Positions 57,515 to 64,000 of a stretch of DNA of 64,000 bases are shown here, in pieces; the first letter of the stretch is position 1, and each line of letters opens with the position of its first letter. Origin of the DNA: Candidatus Methanomethylicia archaeon (GTDB lineage: Archaea > Thermoproteota > Methanomethylicia > Nezhaarchaeales > B40-G2); the NCBI GenBank assembly GCA_029259155.1, contig JAPDJI010000026.1, forward strand, positions 1 through 64,000. Reading direction: 5' to 3'. The notes under the pieces are model-generated. The model was not told where the DNA came from. It searched no databases and worked only from the letters and a program-made list of their open reading frames with translations. A program made the translations under genes and the position numbers.

Positions 57515-58893
57515 CCCTCCGATACCTCCCCGACGAAGCTCAAGAGTTCAGGTAGCTTAGAGCTAGGCAACAAAGCCTCCACCTCGCCTACGCTTCCCCA
57601 ACCCATCCCCCCCATGTCCAGCACCTTACCAACCAGCTTCGCTGAAACCTCCTTATCCCAAACAAGCTTCCTCCCAGCCACAACTGCTACCTTCGCGAAG
57701 TCGTCGAGCTTGGTCAACGTAACAGTGACACCCTCCGGGTTGAAGCAGCGTAGAGCCTTAGCCAGCTCGATGAGGGAGTATTGAGCTAGCGGCTGAAGCT
57801 CATAGACCTTAAGCTTCTCCGCAGAGCCCTTGATTATAGGGCTTAACCTGCTGAGCTCAAGGGTTAAAGACTTCACGTAGGACACGGCTTCCTCTAAGGC
57901 TTCCTTTAAAGGAAACTCTACGAAGCGCTTCATGAAGCCCGACACAGCCAGCCCTAAACGTCCAGCCTTAACGCAAGCATCCATTATACAAGCTTCCTCG
58001 TATAGGTCGTTGGAGAAGAAGTCAAAGTTGGCTTCAAGCACAGGTCCAAGAAACCTACCTGCCTCATAAGCATCAACCCCCGACACGATAGCTTCCTTCA
58101 CTAGCGCTTGGACTAAACGGCCCTTCCCCTCAGATCCTAGCGAAGGGAGAACTATACTGCTTGCCTCCTCACCCAACTCGAGGGATTTAAGGAAACGTAG
58201 CGCGGCCTCCTCACTGCCCATTAAGCTCATTATCGGGGGGTTCAAGGTGTAGGCCAGTGACTTAAACAAGGGTAGTTTAGAGGCTGCGAAGACCTTCAGC
58301 TTCTTAGCCACCTTAACCCGCCCTTCCTTGAGGAGAGGAGATATACAGGCCCCGTCGATCCCTTTCACATCCCCATCAGGTTCAAGTACTTGTTCTTCAC
58401 CCATAACGCCTAGGCAGAGGAGCAGCTTAGAGACCTCATCCTCAGCTTTGGCTTCGCATAGGAGAAGGTAGCAAGTAGAGGAGCAGCAAGCCTCCGTTGA
58501 CCCGTCGAAGCCGTAGAGCTCAGGGTTAACCGTTAACACCCCGCTCTCCTCGACGACAGGGAGGTGGTGGCTGAACACTATCCAACGTCCACCTCCACCT
58601 AGTTTACGAATTAAGGCTTCAGCTCCACCTACATCGACCAGGATGGAGAGGCCTTCCGACCGTAGCTGTTGAAGCATATCACCGCTCTGCTTAAACCATC
58701 GAAGCCTGAAGGGGCAGCCCAGCTTCAAGAGGAGTCTAGCCACCATAATCGAGGCCGCTGCGCCATCCACCCCTCCGCCCACATAGATATTGACGGGTTT
58801 AACGCTTGAAGTCTGGCTCTCAAGGAGCCCTAAAACTTCACCAAGCTTATCCTTTAACTTCCCTAGCGCCGACGATGCCATACCCGGTTTCAC
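57511..58893 (-). CDS. DHH-superfamily RecJ/GAN/Cdc45-like protein with degenerate catalytic motifs
   Basis: VDG, LVDVG, SHH (in place of DHH), NPELYGFDG, GGMGWG tail; position after rps15. Confidence 0.8.
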   Translation of the reverse strand: MKPGMASSALGKLKDKLGEVLGLLESQTSSVKPVNIYVGGGVDGAAASIMVARLLLKLGCPFRLRWFKQSGDMLQQLRSEGLSILVDVGGAEALIRKLGGGGRWIVFSHHLPVVEESGVLTVNPELYGFDGSTEACCSSTCYLLLCEAKAEDEVSKLLLCLGVMGEEQVLEPDGDVKGIDGACISPLLKEGRVKVAKKLKVFAASKLPLFKSLAYTLNPPIMSLMGSEEAALRFLKSLELGEEASSIVLPSLGSEGKGRLVQALVKEAIVSGVDAYEAGRFLGPVLEANFDFFSNDLYEEACIMDACVKAGRLGLAVSGFMKRFVEFPLKEALEEAVSYVKSLTLELSRLSPIIKGSAEKLKVYELQPLAQYSLIELAKALRCFNPEGVTVTLTKLDDFAKVAVVAGRKLVWDKEVSAKLVGKVLDMGGMGWGSVGEVEALLPSSKLPELLSFVGEVSEG

Positions 58894-59011
58894 GGTACAA
58901 CTCTTTTGTTTAAGTCATGTAGAGGCTCCTTGAGTATTTTTGGGTTTTGCCTCCTAAAACTTAAAGGATAAGCGAATCACGTCACGGTGACCTGTAGGTG
59001 CTCTCAGACTC

Positions 59012-59458
59012 TCACGGAATGATGATTATCTTCTCAGGCTTATACTGGAAGTCGGGGGGAAGTACTCCTTCCCTCTTGTAGTACTTCACTAGCCTATGTA
59101 TCTTAGACTCTACGAGCTGAAGGCCTCTACGCGAAAACATGTCTTTAGGGTGCTCCTCCAAGTGCCTCCTTATGGTGGTCGCCCTCCTAATCAGGTTGGC
59201 TAGGTCTTCAGGGATCTTCGGGGCTAAGCCTCTTTCTTTAAGCACCTGGGTGATCTTCTTGTCTATGACCAGCTTGGTTAGAGGCACTCCATACTGGTCC
59301 CTTAGGATCATCCCTATCATCGACGGCGTATACCCTCTCTTCGCTAGCTCCACGATTAAGCCTTCCACCTGCTCCTCCGTTAAATTGCAGATGGAAGCAA
59401 CCTCGCTGGAAATAGGCCTGGTTGAGTGGGAGCTGCCTTTACGCTTGCCTTTCCTCAA
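59012..59458 (-). CDS. rps15: 30S ribosomal protein uS15
   Basis: SHSTRP, IGMILRDQYGVP, PEDL, ESKIHRL. Confidence 0.97.
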   Translation of the reverse strand: MRKGKRKGSSHSTRPISSEVASICNLTEEQVEGLIVELAKRGYTPSMIGMILRDQYGVPLTKLVIDKKITQVLKERGLAPKIPEDLANLIRRATTIRRHLEEHPKDMFSRRGLQLVESKIHRLVKYYKREGVLPPDFQYKPEKIIIIP

Positions 59459-59525
59459 ACATTTTCACCGCGGTAGCCTAGCACTTAAAGGCTCTAGATA
59501 AAGATTTCTTAGAACAAGTGTTAGG

Positions 59526-60113
59526 TTGAAGGAGGGCTGCGAAGTGTACGAGTTAATCTTCGTGACCAGCAATCCTCACAAGGTGAGGGAGGTCAAAGAG
59601 ATCGTGGAGAGGCTAGCCCCCAAGGTCAACGTTAAAGCCTTAAACTTAGAGTTAAAGGAACGCCAGCTAGACAGCGTCGAGGAGATAGCGGAGGAGGCGG
59701 TTAAGGAAGCCTTCAAGCTTCTCGGCAAGCCGGTGATGGTGGAGGACGCCGGCATGTTCATAGATGCCCTCAACGGTTTCCCAGGACCTTACTCCTCATA
59801 CGTGTTTAAGACCATAGGTAATAAGGGGATACTTAGGCTAATGGAGGGGATAGAGAACAGAAAGGCCACGTTCAAGTCAGCGATAGCGTTCTGCAGCCAA
59901 GAAGGATTAACGCTCATCTTCACAGGCACCGTGAAAGGAGAGATCTCCCTGGAGGAGCGAGGAGAAGGTTGGGGCTTCGACCCCATCTTCATACCCGAGG
60001 AGGGAGGAGGTAAAACCTACGCTGAGCTAGGTCCCTTAAAGAATGAAATATCGCATCGAAGAAGAGCTTTAGAGAAGCTTGCTACATGGCTATCGAGCAC
60101 CTTAAGCCCATAG
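59526..60113 (+). CDS. rdgB: Non-canonical purine NTP pyrophosphatase (Ham1/RdgB)
   Basis: TSNPHK, EDAG, GFPGPYS, GFDPIF, SHR. Confidence 0.96.
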   Translation: MKEGCEVYELIFVTSNPHKVREVKEIVERLAPKVNVKALNLELKERQLDSVEEIAEEAVKEAFKLLGKPVMVEDAGMFIDALNGFPGPYSSYVFKTIGNKGILRLMEGIENRKATFKSAIAFCSQEGLTLIFTGTVKGEISLEERGEGWGFDPIFIPEEGGGKTYAELGPLKNEISHRRRALEKLATWLSSTLSP

Positions 60114-60191
60114 GACAAGGGGGAAGGTTAAACCTAAAAGTTTAAAGTTAAAAGGAGGGTTGAGGTAAAATAGACGTCCGAGGGATGAAGT

Positions 60192-60590
60192 TTGTCTAAG
60201 AAGCCGGTTGATGCAGGTTCACTTAAGGTAGGCTCCTACATAGTCATAGACGAAGCACCCTGCAGGATAGTTGAGATGGAGAAATCTAAGCCAGGTAAGC
60301 ACGGGTCAGCGAAGGCGAGGATCGTGGCTATAGGGCTTTTCGACGGGGTTAAACGCAGCATCGTCGTGCCCGTCGACCAAAAGGTGGATCAACCAGTGGT
60401 AGAGAAGAAGACAGCGCAAACCATTGCTATAACCCCCACCTCCGTTCAGTTAATGGACCTATCAACCTATGAGGTCTATGAGGTACCCAAGAGCGAGGTT
60501 GAGCCTGACCTACTAGACAAGCTAGCTACCGGCGTTGAGGTTGAAGTATGGGAAGTTATGGGTATGCGTAAGCTGATGAGGGTTAAGTAG
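60192..60590 (+). CDS. eif5a: Translation factor aIF5A
   Basis: SKPGKHGSAK hypusination motif. Confidence 0.98.
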   Translation: MSKKPVDAGSLKVGSYIVIDEAPCRIVEMEKSKPGKHGSAKARIVAIGLFDGVKRSIVVPVDQKVDQPVVEKKTAQTIAITPTSVQLMDLSTYEVYEVPKSEVEPDLLDKLATGVEVEVWEVMGMRKLMRVK

Positions 60591-60600
60591 CAGTGGCCGC

Positions 60601-61470
60601 GTGCCCTCCATGAATAAAGGCAGCAGCATAGGCTTAACCTCCAGGACAGACTTGGCCTATGCCTTAGAGCTAACTAAACAGAGCTACAGTTACTTGACCT
60701 CGAAGGGAGCTTTATGTCAAGTAGAAGCTGAAACCGCCTCGAAACTATGCTTACCTGGAGTACAGCTGGAGGAGCTTAGCGTAGACGCCCTTATAGCCAT
60801 CGGCGGGGACGGAACCATCCTCCGGACACTGAAGAGGTTGGCTAACCCTGAAACCCCTATCTTAGGTGTTAAGGTAGGAAAGATATGTTTCCTAGGCGAG
60901 GTGGAGCCAGAGGAGCTTCAACTAGCCTTAGACAAGCTCCTTAGAGGAGACTACGCCGTGGAGGAGGTGATGAAGCTGAGAGCCTCCATAGCTGAAGGAA
61001 AAAGCTCCGACGCGGTTAACGAAGTCGTCTTCGTGACCAGCCAGCCAGCCAAGGTCATACAGTTCGAGGTCATCGTAGGTGGAGAGGAGGTATTTAGAGG
61101 GTTAGCTGACGGAGCCATAATAGCCACCCCAACAGGCTCTACGGGCTACGCGTTATCAGCCCACGGACCAGTGATAGACCCTGAGCTCGAAGCCATGCTC
61201 GTGGTCCTACTTAACCCCTTAAACCTAAGCTCAAGGCCGCTTGTAGTCCCAGCCTCTGAGACCCTCAAGTTCAAAGTATTAGCCCCCAGCCCAGAAGCAC
61301 TCGTGGTGGTGGATGGAGAGGTCGTAGGTAAGATAAATGTAGGTGGAGAGGTGGAGGTCAAGAAATCCCCCGTCAAGGCCAGGTTCATTAGGTTCCACGC
61401 CCGCAAACCAGCGTTCTACGAGAGGCTGAGGAAGCTGGTGGAGTGGAGGGCATCGGCCAAGAAATGGTGA
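60601..61470 (+). CDS. nadK: NAD(+) kinase
   Basis: GGDGT, NE, ADG, TPTGSTGY. Confidence 0.95.
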   Translation: MPSMNKGSSIGLTSRTDLAYALELTKQSYSYLTSKGALCQVEAETASKLCLPGVQLEELSVDALIAIGGDGTILRTLKRLANPETPILGVKVGKICFLGEVEPEELQLALDKLLRGDYAVEEVMKLRASIAEGKSSDAVNEVVFVTSQPAKVIQFEVIVGGEEVFRGLADGAIIATPTGSTGYALSAHGPVIDPELEAMLVVLLNPLNLSSRPLVVPASETLKFKVLAPSPEALVVVDGEVVGKINVGGEVEVKKSPVKARFIRFHARKPAFYERLRKLVEWRASAKKW

Positions 61471-62645
61471 AACCCTCCCAAAACCCCAATGAAACCTTCC
61501 TAGACTACTTCTTCAAGCTCCTGGGGGCTGAGGAAACCGCCAAGCTGCTCGAAGCTCTAAGGAAACCGCCCTCTAAGTATTTCCTAAGGATAAACACCCT
61601 CCTCGCTAAGCCTCACGAAGTTGTAGCCTCGCTTAGGCGGAGAGGGGTGGAAGCCAAGCTCTTCGACCCTAAGATTCCAGAAGCGATCTATGTAGAGGTC
61701 GTGGAGGAGAGCCTTGACGAGGAGGAGGCTTCAAGGCTTAAGGAAGTGGTGGTCGATAGGTATACGGCCGAAGCCGTGATGGTCGGAGCGAACGTCTATG
61801 CCCCCGGCGTTAAGAGAGCTAAAGGAGTGTTGAGGGGGGACCTAGTAGCGATTAGAATGGAGGGAGGCTTCCTCGTAGGCCTAGGAGAAGCCTCAATGAG
61901 CGGCTTGGAGGCCTTAACGAAACGTAGAGGCCTAGCAGTAAAGGTGTTGAAAACCAGGTTTAAGGCTCCAAGCCTAAGAGACAGCGAAGAATACCTTCAA
62001 GGCCTCATATACCCTCAGTCCCTACCCTCAATGATAGCGGTGAGGGCTCTAGACCCTAAGCCGGGAGAGAAGCTCATAGATCTTACCGCTGCGCCAGGAG
62101 GTAAGTTAACCCACGCCTTCCAGTTAATGGAGGGTGTAGGCGAAGTAGTGGCTATCGACAGGTCGCCCAGGAAGGTGGCGGAGCTTAAAGCTCACCTTGA
62201 AAGGATGAAGATGCACAACGTAAAAGTGATGCAGCGAGACTCAAGGTACTTAGACCTAGAGCTGCCTCACAGCCACTTCGACGCGGTCATCGTCGACCCT
62301 CCATGCTCCGCCATCGGCGTCAGGCCTAAGCTACACATAAGCCTAAACCTAAAACAGGTATCTTCACTAGCTGAGTATCAGAAACAGTTCTTGAAGGTGG
62401 CTTCGAAGCTCGTAAAGCCAGGCGGAAGAATCCTCTACTCCACCTGTACCCTCACCATCGAGGAGAATGAAAGGGTGGTAAGCTTCGCTGTAGAGGCCTG
62501 TGGATTAAGAGTGAAGGAACATGTCTACATCTACGGCCAGCCAGGCCTAGGGGTGGTCCCAGGCGCCATCCACCTACAGCGGTTCTACCCTCACATCCAT
62601 GATACTCCAGGCTTCTTCATAGCTGTCCTTGAGCGCCTAGGTTAA
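61443..62645 (+). CDS. RsmB/NOP-family RNA m5C methyltransferase with PUA domain (NSun6-like)
   Basis: GANVYAPGV (PUA), AAPGGK, DPPCS, YSTCT. Confidence 0.93.
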   Translation: MEGIGQEMVKPSQNPNETFLDYFFKLLGAEETAKLLEALRKPPSKYFLRINTLLAKPHEVVASLRRRGVEAKLFDPKIPEAIYVEVVEESLDEEEASRLKEVVVDRYTAEAVMVGANVYAPGVKRAKGVLRGDLVAIRMEGGFLVGLGEASMSGLEALTKRRGLAVKVLKTRFKAPSLRDSEEYLQGLIYPQSLPSMIAVRALDPKPGEKLIDLTAAPGGKLTHAFQLMEGVGEVVAIDRSPRKVAELKAHLERMKMHNVKVMQRDSRYLDLELPHSHFDAVIVDPPCSAIGVRPKLHISLNLKQVSSLAEYQKQFLKVASKLVKPGGRILYSTCTLTIEENERVVSFAVEACGLRVKEHVYIYGQPGLGVVPGAIHLQRFYPHIHDTPGFFIAVLERLG

Positions 62646-63340
62646 GGGCCTATACGTGTACCTATAGCCTCGCCTTCCACTACCAGCTTTAGAAGGTTCG
62701 CTGGATCCCTACCGTCTATGACCACGGTGGCGATCTTAGCCCGCTCCATCACCTTGATGGCCACGTGGTCGAAGAGCTTAAACGTACCCGCCTCCGCGCT
62801 CCCCCTAGACATCAAGTCGAGGAGCTCACGGTAGCTTAAGCGCTCAAGCTTCCTGGCCTTAGGGGAGATCTTGGGGTCCCCGGTGTAGACGCCGTCAACG
62901 TCCGTGGCCACCACCAGCAGGTCAGCCTTCATAAGCTCAGCTAACACCGCCGCCACCGCCACCGTAGACTGGCCAGGCTGAAAGCCGCCGCACACTACCA
63001 TTTTACCTGAGCTGAGCGCAAGCCTAGCCTCTGCGTATGAGGAAGGTATAGCAGGGTATGCAAAGTCCTCGATGACTGAGAGTAGCAGGAGAGCGTTAAC
63101 CCTCGACACCTGGATGCCTATCTCGTCACACATGGCTTCAGAGCAGCCCATGGACCTGGCTGCCTCGATAAAACGCCTAGCTGGAGGCCCTCCGCCAACC
63201 ACGACGTGTACTTCATGGTCCATCCAGTAAAGCTTCCTTAAAACTTCGCCGTAGCTCCTTAACCTCTCCTTGAGGACCCTGCCCTCCTCATCGAAGAGGA
63301 TGTGGCCGCCAAGCTTAAGCGAAAGCCTCAAACCACACAC
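62642..63340 (-). CDS. pyrH: UMP kinase
   Basis: KLGG, VVGGG, PGQST, TDVDGVY..DP. Confidence 0.95.
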   Translation of the reverse strand: MCGLRLSLKLGGHILFDEEGRVLKERLRSYGEVLRKLYWMDHEVHVVVGGGPPARRFIEAARSMGCSEAMCDEIGIQVSRVNALLLLSVIEDFAYPAIPSSYAEARLALSSGKMVVCGGFQPGQSTVAVAAVLAELMKADLLVVATDVDGVYTGDPKISPKARKLERLSYRELLDLMSRGSAEAGTFKLFDHVAIKVMERAKIATVVIDGRDPANLLKLVVEGEAIGTRIGP

Positions 63341-63379
63341 CGTTTAAGGCGGAGACGTAGAGAGATTTAAGCTAAAGTG

Positions 63380-64000
63380 CTAGTCCTTAGCATACCTTAA
63401 AATCGCTGCTACGCCGCCGAAGGACTCCTTTAACCCCTTCCCCTCCTCCGTGGCTAAGGAGACCACTTCGACCTGCGTCCTTGAGGCTTCAGCCAGCTCA
63501 ATATAGTAGTCTAGCGCAGGCTTCTCCTCCATAGAGGTAGCCTGTCCACATACTGGACACTTGCTCTTAGCTTCTTTATGGTCATCCAGCTTATCCCTCT
63601 TCACCACCTTCTCCTCAGCCCAGCTGCAGGACGGGCAAGTAGCCTTCACGTAGACCGCGTCTAACCCTTCCGAAACCAGCAAGGTCCTCACAGCGCCCTC
63701 TATGAGCCTCCGCTTAACCTCCTCGAATCCGTAAGCTACGAAGTTGGGCTTCCTAGCAAGATGATATAGGAAGTCCTGCACCACCTCCTTCTCATGTACA
63801 TACCTTATGTCCTGAAGCGCCGACCTACCCTTCTCCACGAGCTCGTAAACACCTTCCTCACCCGTGTACCCTAGATCGAACACCGCCACGATCTTATTCT
63901 TCAGGTCTGAGGGAAGGTAGCCCCCATCAAGGAAATCGTACTTAGTGGGGCCTGGACCGCCCACCAGTATCCCTTTAAGGTCGGGGAGAGAGCTGAAAAC
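63380..64000 (-). CDS. prf1: Peptide chain release factor aRF1, C-terminal part (runs off the window)
   Basis: GGPGPTK, YTGEEG, AYG, GAVRTLL, FGGVAAILRY. Confidence 0.93.
   Translation of the reverse strand, partial: VFSSLPDLKGILVGGPGPTKYDFLDGGYLPSDLKNKIVAVFDLGYTGEEGVYELVEKGRSALQDIRYVHEKEVVQDFLYHLARKPNFVAYGFEEVKRRLIEGAVRTLLVSEGLDAVYVKATCPSCSWAEEKVVKRDKLDDHKEAKSKCPVCGQATSMEEKPALDYYIELAEASRTQVEVVSLATEEGKGLKESFGGVAAILRYAKD

Noticed and set aside
2353-61406. Numerous 60-190 aa antisense or alternate-frame ORFs (e.g. 2353-2901, 6309-6791, 13876-14427, 33375-33944)
   Set aside because: Shadow frames of well-supported genes; Ser/Leu/Pro-rich antisense composition with no motifs
1-64000. CRISPR arrays, integrases, transposases, att duplications of the tRNA 3' ends, inteins
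   Set aside because: No regularly spaced repeats or recombinase/transposase motifs seen; no tRNA-end duplicate noticed; protein lengths are normal

Overview
This is a 64 kb stretch of core chromosome from a probably thermophilic archaeon of the Thermoproteota/TACK type. That placement is inferred from the unlinked 5S rRNA, multi-intron tRNA, DUF1512, the IleRS AMHKS motif and separate kae1/bud32 genes; a methanogen-type SerRS hints at a Nezhaarchaeia/Methanomethylicia-like lineage. The window is dominated by conserved information-processing clusters: proteasome-exosome-prefoldin, L3-L4-L23-L2, dph2...csl4-rpoL-TFS-PCNA-priL-priS-GINS-L44e-S27e-aIF2a-nop10, SRP54-pus10-L21e-rpoF-ksgA and S15-RecJ-like-Pcc1-serS-S3ae. 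It also holds an ECF transporter core, AglB, IleRS, PpsA, an MthK-like K+ channel and KEOPS subunits. RNA genes are tRNA-Trp(CCA) with two BHB introns, 5S rRNA, intron-containing tRNA-Ser(TGA) and a probable box C/D sRNA. I saw no CRISPR array, integrase, transposase or intein. The most notable items are the double-intron tRNA-Trp with a self-complementary C/D-like intron, an unannotated C/D guide RNA, and a DUF1512 plus Zn-ribbon membrane pair that looks like a GPR/YyaC-type protease next to map. Also notable are an unknown uORF plus coiled-coil operon between kae1 and bud32, a 77-bp identical tract shared by the two ecfA paralogs, a probable CTG start, an inverted rpl21e and a catalytically degenerate RecJ/Cdc45-like protein. 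No complete novel multi-gene system could be demonstrated from sequence alone.
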